This document shows positions 9,821-18,764 of a stretch of DNA of 50,058 nucleotides, in pieces; the first letter of the stretch is position 1; each line of letters begins with the position of its first letter. The DNA is taken from positions 1 to 50,058 of the forward strand of contig JAUNFK010000004.1 in NCBI GenBank assembly GCA_030525085.1, written 5' to 3'. The notes under the pieces were generated by a model, which saw only the letters and a program-made list of their open reading frames with translations, was not told where the DNA came from and made no database searches. The position numbers and the translations under genes are program-made. The DNA comes from a bacterium (GTDB taxonomy: Bacteria; Bacillota_I; Bacilli_A; RF39; UBA660).

Positions 9821-11140
9821 CTATTTAAGCATATCTAATTTAACTCCCCTTGATTTTAATAATTCAGCAACTTTTGGTTTATGAGTTTTACAAGTAAACT
9901 CTCCTCTTTCTTCACCAGTTTCAGTTAAACCTTTTTGGACAAATTCGAAGATTGGGGTTAGTTTAATCATATCTTTTTCAAAACCATCTACTTCACATAT
10001 TGATGTAATTTTTCTTTTACCGTCGTGCATTCTTTGAATGTTTACGACAAGGTTAATAGCATTTTCAATATATTCACGAACAGCTTTTATGGGAATATCA
10101 ATACCGCTCATTAAAACTAGTGTTTCAAGTCTGTTTAGAGCGTCTTCTGGACTGTTTGCATGTAAGGTTGTAAGTGAGCCATCATGTCCTGTATTCATGG
10201 CTTGTAACATATCGAATGCTTCTTTCCCACGACATTCTCCAACGATAATTCTGTCTGGTCTCATACGTAAGGCATTAATAACTAAATCTCTTACGGTTAT
10301 AACTGCTCCACGGCTATAGTTTGCTGTTCTAGTTTCTAGAGAGATAACATGTTCTTGTTCTAGTTTTAGTTCGGCTGCATCCTCAATTGTAATAATACGT
10401 TCATCATTACCAATGAAACCACTAATTATATTTAGTAGAGTTGTTTTACCTGAGCCAGTGCCTCCGCAAACAATGATGTTTAGTTTTCCTTTAACAGCTG
10501 CTTCAAGAAATTCGGCCATATCTGTAGTCATTGTCCCGACTCTTAATAGGTCTTCAACAGTCGTCATGTTTCTTTTGAATTTACGGATTGTTATGACTGG
10601 CCCGTTTACGCTTAGTGGCGGAAGAACAGCATTAATTCTTGACCCGTCTTTTAATCTTGAGTCAACCATTGGACTTGAACTATCGATTGTTCTTCCTAGT
10701 GGCTGAATAAGTCTTTGGATAGTACGCTCGATGTGACTGTCATTTATGAATGATACACTAGTATCTTTAATTATTTTCCCATCTATTTCAACGTATACTT
10801 CACTTGGACCATTTACCATGATTTCGGTAACATTTGGATCATTTAATAATTCAGTTATAGGTCCATAACCATTTATTTCAGCTTCAATTAAGTTGAAGAT
10901 ATGATTTCTTTCAAGATTAGTTAGGTCATATCCTTCTAAACATTTATCTATTTCTTCATTTACAAAGTCATTAAGTTCTTTAGTTGCGGGTATTTCTTTA
11001 TCAACTAGATCTTCAATTATTTTTTTTCTTAATTCGTCTAAAAGTTTTTTGTCTTTAAATACTTCGTAGTCAGTTACGATGCTATCTTCAGCGTTATATT
11101 TTGGTTTAAAATCAAAACTTTCGGTTAAACTCTTACTCAT
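9821..11140 (-). CDS. cpaF: Tad/Flp pilus assembly ATPase CpaF/TadA
   Basis: GYGPITELL, Walker A GGTGSGKTT, TIEDAAEL, LRMRPDRIIVGECRG, AMNTGHDGS. Confidence 0.95.
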   Translation of the reverse strand: MSKSLTESFDFKPKYNAEDSIVTDYEVFKDKKLLDELRKKIIEDLVDKEIPATKELNDFVNEEIDKCLEGYDLTNLERNHIFNLIEAEINGYGPITELLNDPNVTEIMVNGPSEVYVEIDGKIIKDTSVSFINDSHIERTIQRLIQPLGRTIDSSSPMVDSRLKDGSRINAVLPPLSVNGPVITIRKFKRNMTTVEDLLRVGTMTTDMAEFLEAAVKGKLNIIVCGGTGSGKTTLLNIISGFIGNDERIITIEDAAELKLEQEHVISLETRTANYSRGAVITVRDLVINALRMRPDRIIVGECRGKEAFDMLQAMNTGHDGSLTTLHANSPEDALNRLETLVLMSGIDIPIKAVREYIENAINLVVNIQRMHDGKRKITSICEVDGFEKDMIKLTPIFEFVQKGLTETGEERGEFTCKTHKPKVAELLKSRGVKLDMLK

Positions 11141-11876
11141 CTTTACCTCCTAAGTCTTTAATAATTAGGTTAAAGACATTTTCATCAGGATACTTTTTAT
11201 TTTCTAAGGTAAATATTTTACCGTCAAAAACATATGCATCCATATTTGGTACGTAAAATTTATTACTTAGGATATAGTCGATGTTATTATCAATAATTAC
11301 TTTTAAGTCATAAAGAGAAAAGTAATCACGGTTGTTTGCAACTGAATCATTTAAGATAATTTTATATTTGTTAATGCCACTTTCTTTAAATAAGTTTAAA
11401 ACTGTTTTTAGATTTTTAAGATCTAGTGGATCGTTTGTCGTCATTAAAAGAATTTTATCAACCATATCTAAAATATTAACATTTATTTCATTTAATACAT
11501 GAGACATATCAAAGATGATAAAGTCATATTTGAAGATTGCTTTATCAAGAATAATACTTAAATATTTAGGGTCTATTTTGTTTGCTCTTCTTGGATCAGT
11601 AGGTGCTCCGATGAATGAAATATATTTATTATAGGAAGTTATATAATCTTCAAAGTTTTTGTAGCGATTGTTGCTATAGTCGTCAGCAAAGTTGTAAATG
11701 TCTTTTTTTGTTTGCTTATTAAGAGCGCAATCGATTTGACCTGAGTATAGGTCAGCATCAATTATAAGGCATGTTTTATTTAGTTTAGCCATAGCACCAG
11801 CTAGGTTTAGCGTAAAAATGGTTTTACCTATTCCGCCTTTTGCTCCGTAAACAGCTATGCTTGTTCCTTTTGCCAT
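11133..11876 (-). CDS. CpaE/TadZ-like MinD/ParA-family ATPase (no receiver domain)
   Basis: Deviant Walker A GAKGGIGKT, LIIDAD; immediately upstream of cpaF. Confidence 0.8.
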   Translation of the reverse strand: MAKGTSIAVYGAKGGIGKTIFTLNLAGAMAKLNKTCLIIDADLYSGQIDCALNKQTKKDIYNFADDYSNNRYKNFEDYITSYNKYISFIGAPTDPRRANKIDPKYLSIILDKAIFKYDFIIFDMSHVLNEINVNILDMVDKILLMTTNDPLDLKNLKTVLNLFKESGINKYKIILNDSVANNRDYFSLYDLKVIIDNNIDYILSNKFYVPNMDAYVFDGKIFTLENKKYPDENVFNLIIKDLGGKDE

Positions 11877-12211
11877 TATACTTCCTCCTTTACTTCTTCT
11901 ATTATTCCAGTTGTTTCAATCTCATATGTTTTATTAATTACTGGATATTTTATTTTAGTTTTAATTGTTAAATTTTTATCTGAACGAATAATTTCAATAT
12001 TGTCAGTTATGTTATTTTCTTTCAACAATGCTTTAATTTCATCATCTGATAGGTTTCTAGTTATTGATTCGCTCATAACCATTTCAAGAATGTTTCTGGC
12101 ATTTTCCTTTTGATTTATAAAAATGCTTGTTTGATAAAGAAACGTAACTACAATAAATATTAATGGTATGATAGCAATAAATAGTGCTAAAGATTGACCT
12201 TTTTTATTCAT
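11876..12211 (-). CDS. TadE/TadG-like minor pilin
   Basis: MNKKG|QSLALF prepilin-like cleavage site followed by a hydrophobic helix. Confidence 0.7.
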   Translation of the reverse strand: MNKKGQSLALFIAIIPLIFIVVTFLYQTSIFINQKENARNILEMVMSESITRNLSDDEIKALLKENNITDNIEIIRSDKNLTIKTKIKYPVINKTYEIETTGIIEEVKEEV

Positions 12212-12515
12212 TTTTTAAAACCGTTCTTTCACTTTTTATATAATATGGGTCTTTTAAAATAAGATTTAATCCTGGTGTTTTAGGCGTGTATTTTTCTTTT
12301 ATAGTTATTTTTTCGTATGTATCATTTTGAGTACATGTGGCATCAGATGGACATACACCTTTTTCTTTGTATTCGGTAACTAATTCATTTAATTTGTTAT
12401 CTAATTTGTTTTTTGTGCTGAGAATTAAGGTAAAGTCTACAAGCACTAGTATTAGATAAACCATTACTGGCATGATTAAAATGAATTCAATAAGTGCTTG
12501 TCCTTTCTTGCCCAT
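12204..12515 (-). CDS. TadE-like minor pilin
   Basis: Start reassigned to ATG 12515 (GGGGAGG SD); MGKKG|QALIEFILIMP is a typical TadE N-terminus. Confidence 0.8.
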   Translation of the reverse strand: MGKKGQALIEFILIMPVMVYLILVLVDFTLILSTKNKLDNKLNELVTEYKEKGVCPSDATCTQNDTYEKITIKEKYTPKTPGLNLILKDPYYIKSERTVLKNE

Positions 12516-12561
12516 GCTAGCCTCCCCTATCATATATATTAGTATAACACACCTCTTCATT

Positions 12562-12599
12562 AAAAAAAAGATATTTGATTATTTTATTTCAAATATCTT
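12562..12599 (-). terminator. Intrinsic terminator after pdp
   Basis: 11-bp stem AAGATATTTGA/TCAAATATCTT followed by a run of 8 T on the minus strand. Confidence 0.75.
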
Positions 12600-13802
12600 A
12601 AGGTCTTCTTCTGGAATTTTAATATTTAAATCATTCACGTATAAAAGAGCTAGAACTTGGCCTTTTGTGACTGTTTCATTTTCACTACATAGTAGTTTTA
12701 TGCCGACACTATAATCGATTTTGTCTTCTTTAGTTTTACGGCCTGCTCCTAAAAGTCCTGCTAATTTGCCTACTTTTAGTGCACTTATTTTAGTTATTGT
12801 ACCATTGCGATTACTTTTTAATTTAATTATTTTATCACTTGCTTTTACTTTGGATAAATCACCATGCTGATAGCTAATCCACTTTTCAAACATTTTATAT
12901 GCAGTTTGATTTTCAAGAACTTTAGCACATAATATTTTAGCTTCATTTACTTTGATATTTTTAGCCATACTAACAATATTTGCTGCTACTTCTAAAGAAA
13001 CGTCCCTAAGTTTAGTTTGTTTATTTGTCTCTAGGATTTCTTTTGCTTCTAGAACTTCTAGGGCATTACCAACTGCATTTGATAATGGTTCATCCATGCT
13101 TGTGATTAGGGTTTTTACTTTTCTATTAAAGTGAGTACCAATTTTAATTAGGTATTCAGAAAGTTCTTTAGCATCTTCTTCTGTTTTGATTAGAGCTCCT
13201 TCACCACATTTGATATCAATCACAATATAAGTTGCTCCACAAGCAATTTTCTTACTCATGATTGATGAAGCAATTAAGGGAATGCTTTCTGTTGTGCCTG
13301 TTACATCTCTTAGAGCATAAATTACTTTATCTAAAGGAACTAGGTCTTCTGTTTGAGCACCAACTGCTAGGCCGATATCTTTTATTCCTTTGTGATAATC
13401 TTCTTTAGTTAAGTTGACATTAAAACCAGGAATACTTTCTAGTTTGTCAATGGTTCCACCAGTAATGCCTAGGCCTTTACCACTCATTTTTGCCATTGGT
13501 ACATTTAGAGCAGCTACTATAGGAGCAATTATTAAGGTTACTGTATCGCCTATTCCACCAGTGCTATGTTTATCACAAACTGGTTTATCAAATTTATAAA
13601 CATCACCACTTTTAATGAATATATCTGTTAAGTCTAGTGTTTCTTCATAAGTCATTCCATTTATTGTGATTGCCATAAGTAGAGCACTCATTTGGTAGTC
13701 TTTTACTTCTTTATTTAGATAGCCATTAAAGGCGTATTTTAATTCTTCATAATTTAGTACTTGTTTATTTTTCTTTTTTGTTATTATATCTATAATATTC
13801 AT
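12579..13802 (-). CDS. pdp: Pyrimidine-nucleoside (thymidine) phosphorylase
   Basis: DKHSTGGIGD, KMSGKGLGITGGTIDKLESIPG, SIMSKKIA, LGAGR..KEDKIDYSVG. Confidence 0.96.
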   Translation of the reverse strand: MNIIDIITKKKNKQVLNYEELKYAFNGYLNKEVKDYQMSALLMAITINGMTYEETLDLTDIFIKSGDVYKFDKPVCDKHSTGGIGDTVTLIIAPIVAALNVPMAKMSGKGLGITGGTIDKLESIPGFNVNLTKEDYHKGIKDIGLAVGAQTEDLVPLDKVIYALRDVTGTTESIPLIASSIMSKKIACGATYIVIDIKCGEGALIKTEEDAKELSEYLIKIGTHFNRKVKTLITSMDEPLSNAVGNALEVLEAKEILETNKQTKLRDVSLEVAANIVSMAKNIKVNEAKILCAKVLENQTAYKMFEKWISYQHGDLSKVKASDKIIKLKSNRNGTITKISALKVGKLAGLLGAGRKTKEDKIDYSVGIKLLCSENETVTKGQVLALLYVNDLNIKIPEEDLKIFEIK

Positions 13803-13840
13803 AATTCACCTACTATTAAAGTATAACACATAATAGGCAT

Positions 13841-13869
13841 AAAAAAAAGTTAGGATTTATTCCTAACTT
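13841..13869 (-). terminator. Intrinsic terminator after rplS
   Basis: AAGTTAGGA-ATAAA-TCCTAACTT stem plus T-run on the minus strand. Confidence 0.85.
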
Positions 13870-14206
13870 AGTTTCTTTCTTTAACTTTGTATTCTTTCTT
13901 CATGCCCTTTAAGAAGTTAAGTTTTGCTCTACGTACCATACCTTTTTTAACAACTGTAATTTTGTCAATTTCAGGACTGTTTACAGCAAATACTCTTGAA
14001 ACACCAACGCTTCCACTTTTCTTTCTTACAGTAAATCTTTCAGAAACAGAACCACCTTTTTTAGATACAACTAATCCTTCAAAAGCTTGGATTCTTTCTT
14101 TCTTACCTTCTTTAATCCATACGTCAACTCTTACTGTATCACCAACACGAAATTCTGGAGTGTTTGGCTTAATTTGTTTTTTGTTAATTTTGTCAATAAG
14201 ATTCAT
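13868..14206 (-). CDS. rplS: 50S ribosomal protein L19
   Basis: PEFRVGDTVRV, ERIQAFEG, FTVRK, GVSRVF, VRRAKL; downstream of trmD. Confidence 0.98.
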   Translation of the reverse strand: MNLIDKINKKQIKPNTPEFRVGDTVRVDVWIKEGKKERIQAFEGLVVSKKGGSVSERFTVRKKSGSVGVSRVFAVNSPEIDKITVVKKGMVRRAKLNFLKGMKKEYKVKERN

Positions 14207-14237
14207 AATTAATTTCCTTTCTATAAACTATTTTTTA

Positions 14238-14270
14238 TTATAATCTTCATAATTTTTGAGCGGATTATAA
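14238..14270 (-). promoter_or_regulatory. Probable L19-leader-like RNA hairpin in the rplS 5' UTR
   Basis: Minus strand TTATAATC-CGCT-CAAAAATT-ATGAA-GATTATAA: 8-bp stem enclosing CGCU and AUGA, resembling the Firmicute L19 leader as recalled; no covariance model run. Confidence 0.45.
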
Positions 14271-14293
14271 CACTTTTTTTCAAAAGCACATTT

Positions 14294-14322
14294 ATTATAG
14301 CATTTAGATAGCGTAAAATCAA
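14294..14322 (-). promoter_or_regulatory. Sigma-A promoter of rplS
   Basis: TTGATT-17 bp-TATAAT with extended -10 TG. Confidence 0.75.
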
Positions 14323-14328
14323 GCGTTT

Positions 14329-14706
14329 TTAACGGCTTCGTGATGTTGTTATTTCTTTTTTATATGTCAGTAGTGATAATTCTGTTTTTAAAATATTTAT
14401 TTGTCTTAAATATTTTTTTATAATTTTAGGATTTAAGTATTTTTCGTATTTGTGATAGAACACCATTCTTATTTCTTCTAGTAATTGGAGAAGCTCAGCT
14501 GGATCACCATCGGATTCGTCATTTAAAAACTCTAAAATCCGAGCTACTAGTTTATGATATTCTGGTTCGAAATCATCAGAGACTATTTTTTCTAGCCAAG
14601 GCTCGTAAAAGACTTGAATGCTATTTTTTTTAATTTTCATTTTATAACCTTCTAAATTATAAATGAATGCTGTATATTTTTCTTTACTAGGACTAAGTTT
14701 AAACAT
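14329..14706 (-). CDS. Hypothetical protein (125 aa)
   Basis: ORF starts 2 nt after the trmD stop; helical charged sequence; no motif recognised. Confidence 0.7.
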   Translation of the reverse strand: MFKLSPSKEKYTAFIYNLEGYKMKIKKNSIQVFYEPWLEKIVSDDFEPEYHKLVARILEFLNDESDGDPAELLQLLEEIRMVFYHKYEKYLNPKIIKKYLRQINILKTELSLLTYKKEITTSRSR

Positions 14707-14707
14707 A

Positions 14708-15370
14708 TTACTTAAGTAAGTCAGGCCTTTTTTCTTTAGTTAGCCTTATCCTTTCTGCTTGTCTATATTCATCTATTTTTTTATGGTCACCTGATGTTAG
14801 AATTTCTGGCACATCTAAGCCTCTATAAGATGCTGGTTTGGTATATACCGGGTAGTCTAAAAGATTTTCGTCAAAGCTTTCAGAATTTAAGCTATCCTCT
14901 GTTATTACATCTGGTAATAGTCTTATTACAGAATCAGCAATAATCATTGCTGGAAGCTCGCCACCAGTTAGAATAAAGTCACCTACGGAAATTATTTCAT
15001 CTGCTAGAGATTTGATTCTTTCATCAAAACCTTCATAGTGACCACAGATTAAAATAATATCTTCGTATTTAGTTAATTCTTTTGCTTTTTTCTCATTATA
15101 AACTTTGCCTTCTGGGCTTAATATAATGATATGAGAGTTTGGTGTTTTTATATCATCAATACATCTGAATATTGGATCACACATTAAGACCATACCAGCA
15201 CCTCCACCGTATGGAGTATCATCAACTTGTTTGTTATTATAGACTGAATAGTCTCTAAAATTAATTATTTTTACTTCTACTTTTTGATTTTGAATTGCTC
15301 TTTTGATAATTGATTCGGTTAAAAAGCCATCAAACATATTTGGAAATAGTGATAAAATTGTTATTTTCAT
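14708..15370 (-). CDS. trmD: tRNA (guanine37-N1)-methyltransferase
   Basis: VDDTPYGGGAGMV, ICGHYEGFDER, ISVGDFILTGGE, PVYTKP. Confidence 0.98.
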   Translation of the reverse strand: MKITILSLFPNMFDGFLTESIIKRAIQNQKVEVKIINFRDYSVYNNKQVDDTPYGGGAGMVLMCDPIFRCIDDIKTPNSHIIILSPEGKVYNEKKAKELTKYEDIILICGHYEGFDERIKSLADEIISVGDFILTGGELPAMIIADSVIRLLPDVITEDSLNSESFDENLLDYPVYTKPASYRGLDVPEILTSGDHKKIDEYRQAERIRLTKEKRPDLLK

Positions 15371-15371
15371 A

Positions 15372-15854
15372 TTAAACCTCTTTTATTAATTCATCTATAT
15401 TTTGACATTTGATTGTTTTTTCTTTGGAGTTTACTTCTTTAATAAAGTTTTTGTTAATTGGTATTAGGTGACCATTTACTTTGATAAGAGGATTTACTTT
15501 ATTGATTGTTACTTCTTCTACACTACCAATTAGCTTATCTTCGTTATATACGCTATAGCCATAAAGTTCACACATAAGGTATTCATTATCATTTAATTTT
15601 AATTCGTCCTTATTAATAGATATTTTATTGCCAATTAGATGGGTTACTTCGTTAATATCTTTAATGTTGTTTACTTCTATTAGGTAGTTATGATGGTGGA
15701 ATCTAGAGTTAGTAATTGTGTATGTTTGATTTTTGATTTCTATTTTGTTTCCTTTTTTGAATGCACGGTCAGCCATTTCAAAGTCACTTACAACTTTTAG
15801 CTCACCTTTAATACCAAATGTATTTACAATTTTACCAATTATTATATTATTCAT
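15372..15854 (-). CDS. rimM: Ribosome maturation factor RimM
   Basis: IGKIVNTFGIKGELKV; PRC-barrel LIP..KNFIKEV; position before trmD. Confidence 0.95.
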   Translation of the reverse strand: MNNIIIGKIVNTFGIKGELKVVSDFEMADRAFKKGNKIEIKNQTYTITNSRFHHHNYLIEVNNIKDINEVTHLIGNKISINKDELKLNDNEYLMCELYGYSVYNEDKLIGSVEEVTINKVNPLIKVNGHLIPINKNFIKEVNSKEKTIKCQNIDELIKEV

Positions 15855-16509
15855 CAGTTCCTCCTTTTATTATTAGACTATCAAAGAATTCTTTGTTTGC
15901 TAGGTTTTCATCTTCTTGGTAGCCCATAATTATTTGACCACTTTTTCTTATGTTAAATATATCTTTTGAATCGAAGTATTTGATATTTACACTTTTGAAT
16001 GTTGTTTTAATCATAAAGTGAAATAGTTCTTTGGGTTTATCTTTGGTAAGAATTTCCCCGACTGGTAGATTTTTATTGGTTTTATTTATGCCATATATTA
16101 TTTTAGAACTATTTGAGACAAAACCAACATCACCTGGATAATTTTTTAATTTTGCAAGTATCAAATTAATGATTTTTTTATTTTCGTTTGTACCTATTTT
16201 GATGATTATTGGTACTTTGCCATTTATTATGCTTAACGCCTTATCTAGTGTCATTATTTGATGAAAACTTAAGTAATTTATTTCATCATAGGTAAGCGAT
16301 TTTTGTGGGTTTTTAATTTTTAAGTTTCTTTCTAGAGCGCTTTCTTCGTATACAATAATGTTGTTATCTTTAGATAGTAAAACACCAAAGTAGATTCCAC
16401 AGTTTGCGTTTATAGCTTTTTGAAAGGCTTCTTTGGTATTAGGAAAAATGCTTTTATTATTGTATATACCGCCAGAAATGAAAATTTTATTTTTTAAAAA
16501 CTTCTCCAT
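15847..16509 (-). CDS. Glycerophosphodiester phosphodiesterase-like protein, degenerate active site
   Basis: PNTKEAFQKAI, LSKD..IIV, LTYDEI, TLDKAL..INGKVPIIIKI follow the GDPD pattern, but HRG and E.D are absent. Confidence 0.6.
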   Translation of the reverse strand: MEKFLKNKIFISGGIYNNKSIFPNTKEAFQKAINANCGIYFGVLLSKDNNIIVYEESALERNLKIKNPQKSLTYDEINYLSFHQIMTLDKALSIINGKVPIIIKIGTNENKKIINLILAKLKNYPGDVGFVSNSSKIIYGINKTNKNLPVGEILTKDKPKELFHFMIKTTFKSVNIKYFDSKDIFNIRKSGQIIMGYQEDENLANKEFFDSLIIKGGTDE

Positions 16510-16517
16510 AATAGTAC

Positions 16518-17231
16518 CTACATTTGAGTATACATTAAAATACTAGCAGATACTCCGGCGTTTAAACTTTCACATTTATTATTCATTGGAATATAGAATA
16601 GTTCGTCACATAAAGATTTTAATGATTCATCCATTCCTTTAGCTTCTGAACCAATGATAAGAGCATGATTTTGATTTAATTTATATGGATGTTTTCCATC
16701 TTTGACATCTGTTCCAATTATTTTATAACCATTACTTTTTAATTCTGGGATAATTTCGCTTTCATCTTTAATTATTATATTGATTTTAAATAGCATTCCT
16801 TCTGTTGCTCTTACTGTTTTTATATTGTAAACATCAGCACAATTTGGACTTAGTATAACTGTGTCATAATTAAAAGCAACTGCGCTACGGATGATAGTTC
16901 CAATGTTTCCTGGATCTTTTAAATTATTTAGAATGATTGCGTTTCCAATCACTTTTTGAGTAATGTTCTTTTTTACAATTGCAAGAACTTTAGGAGCATT
17001 TTCTAATCCTGAAAGTTTTTTCATTACTGATTCTTTTAGATATGTTACATTTCCGTAGGTATTTTCTTCACCTTCTAAAAGAAAAATTTCTTTAACTAAA
17101 TTTAATGATAGTGCTTCTCTAACAAGGTGCTCTCCAGGAGCAATGAATAAGCTTTCTTGCTCGCGATATTTTTTATTTTGTAACTTAGTATAAAATTTAA
17201 TTTTTTCATTATTTAAAGATTCGATGATCAT
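16518..17231 (-). CDS. TrmH/SpoU family RNA 2'-O-methyltransferase
   Basis: IESLNN..IK, DPGNIGTIIRSA, IIGSEAKG, ESLNAGVSASI. Confidence 0.95.
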   Translation of the reverse strand: MIIESLNNEKIKFYTKLQNKKYREQESLFIAPGEHLVREALSLNLVKEIFLLEGEENTYGNVTYLKESVMKKLSGLENAPKVLAIVKKNITQKVIGNAIILNNLKDPGNIGTIIRSAVAFNYDTVILSPNCADVYNIKTVRATEGMLFKINIIIKDESEIIPELKSNGYKIIGTDVKDGKHPYKLNQNHALIIGSEAKGMDESLKSLCDELFYIPMNNKCESLNAGVSASILMYTQM

Positions 17232-17863
17232 TGGTTTAGCTCCTTTCTTGCATTTTTATAATTAGGATAATGCTTTGCTACTTCTTCCCAAAAGGCAGCA
17301 CTATGATTCATGTGTTTAAAATGAGATAATTCATGAACTATTACGTAGTCTATTAAATACGGCTTTTTAGTTATTAATGTTTGATTTAGCGTGACTGTCA
17401 TACTGCCTGTATTGCACACTCCCCATTTGGTTTTCATTAATCTTGATTTGACCTTGAAGTTTGGGAGATTGTTAAAATTTTGTTTTAGGGCATTTACTCT
17501 TTCTTCAAAGTATGAAATGCTTTCTTTATAAAGATAATTTAAGGCATCTTCCTTACTTTTAGCGTATATAACATCATCATATAATGCAGGTTTTGTGTTA
17601 GTTATTATCAAATTGATTGGGCTACCAAGATATGTTAAAGGTTTATCTTTTTTACATTCAATTTTTTGCTTAAGTTTTAAGATACTTTCTTGGTTTTGGT
17701 TTAATAATCTTTCAATATTTTTTTCAGCACTTTTTGGCCCAGATATGTAAAGAATGCCATCTTCTTTGAATCTGAAGTAGATATTTTTATTTCTTTTAGC
17801 AACATATATATAAGTTATTTCTGAACCACTAATTATAATTTTATTTGCCACTAAAGATTTCAT
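17228..17863 (-). CDS. YgjP/DUF45-like zinc metallopeptidase
   Basis: MKTKWGVCN, IDYVIVHELSH, MNHSAAFW; start uncertain (ATG 17863 or GTG 17851). Confidence 0.88.
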   Translation of the reverse strand: MKSLVANKIIISGSEITYIYVAKRNKNIYFRFKEDGILYISGPKSAEKNIERLLNQNQESILKLKQKIECKKDKPLTYLGSPINLIITNTKPALYDDVIYAKSKEDALNYLYKESISYFEERVNALKQNFNNLPNFKVKSRLMKTKWGVCNTGSMTVTLNQTLITKKPYLIDYVIVHELSHFKHMNHSAAFWEEVAKHYPNYKNARKELNQ

Positions 17864-18764
17864 ACCATTCTTTAACTTTAGCTCCACCACTTTTAGCTAG
17901 GGAGCTGATTACATCCCAAGTAAGGTTTAAGCTTTCTTTTAGAAGACCAAAATCATCTTTTGCACTTTGACAAACTGAGTCGTTATTTTTACAAAACTCT
18001 GTAGTAAGGTTTAAATAAAGAGTAATTAAACTGTCTTTAGCTTTCTTGTAACTAGAGCTTAGTTCTTCTTTATATCCTGGGAAGTGTTTATCAATTATAC
18101 TATCAAGTTTAAGTGCTAGAGAAATAACTTTTAGTTTGGCTGATGATGTTAAATCTTTAAAGTAATAACCGTTTATGTCTTTATCATAAAAGATAAAGTC
18201 TACAATTTTTATGAAAGTGCTTTTTAATGATGCTTTTGATTTATTATCAGCAGTATTAATTTCAGCATTAAAGAACGCAATTACTTCATCGTCTGCATTC
18301 TTTTTAGACGGTGCAGTTGTTGTTGTAGTTCTAGTAGTTGTAGTAGTCTCTGTTTTTTTACTATTGTTATTTTTAATAACTGATTCTGTAGTAGTTTTAG
18401 TTGTAGTTTCTGGTATATTTGTAGCTTCCTCTTCTTTATCCAGTTCAGATATTTTGTTTGTTTGAAGGATTTCGTAAGATTCTACTTCTGCTTCTGGAGG
18501 ATATAATTCTTTAATATCTTTAACTTTAAGTTTGATTATGTCCCCTACTTTTAGGTTCTTAATTGAGACGCTTATTACTTCATAAGGAACACTTTCATCA
18601 AGTGGTTTAATAAGAGCATATCCTGCATAGCTTTCATTAACTACTGCATAAAATTCGTCATCAGTCATAGTTTTTGGAGTTTCTTTTCTTAATGTAAAAA
18701 TAAGAAAAGCTGCTAGTAAAATAATTAATGAAGTGATAATTATAAATACGTATTTCTTTTTCAT
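17841..18764 (-). CDS. Membrane-anchored surface protein with Thr-rich linker
   Basis: N-terminal TM/signal, small beta domain (KVGDII...IKELYPP), ETTTKTTT/TTTTTRTTTTT linker, helical C-terminal domain. Confidence 0.75.
   Translation of the reverse strand: MKKKYVFIIITSLIILLAAFLIFTLRKETPKTMTDDEFYAVVNESYAGYALIKPLDESVPYEVISVSIKNLKVGDIIKLKVKDIKELYPPEAEVESYEILQTNKISELDKEEEATNIPETTTKTTTESVIKNNNSKKTETTTTTRTTTTTAPSKKNADDEVIAFFNAEINTADNKSKASLKSTFIKIVDFIFYDKDINGYYFKDLTSSAKLKVISLALKLDSIIDKHFPGYKEELSSSYKKAKDSLITLYLNLTTEFCKNNDSVCQSAKDDFGLLKESLNLTWDVISSLAKSGGAKVKEWYEIFSGK

Noticed and set aside
8056-13826. Near-identical upstream motif TATACTTTA(A)TAGTAGGTGAA before the SEDS gene (8056-8076) and pdp (13805-13826)
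   Set aside because: Explained by an extended -10 followed closely by an AGGTGA SD, an architecture seen before several genes here; no evidence of a specific regulator site.
13887-14243. 118-aa plus-strand ORF and the other short overlapping ORFs in the track (e.g. 25437-25832, 43752-44264, 37256-37510, 49390-49611)
   Set aside because: They lie mostly antisense to, or out of frame within, well-supported genes, with no SD or motifs; treated as shadow ORFs.
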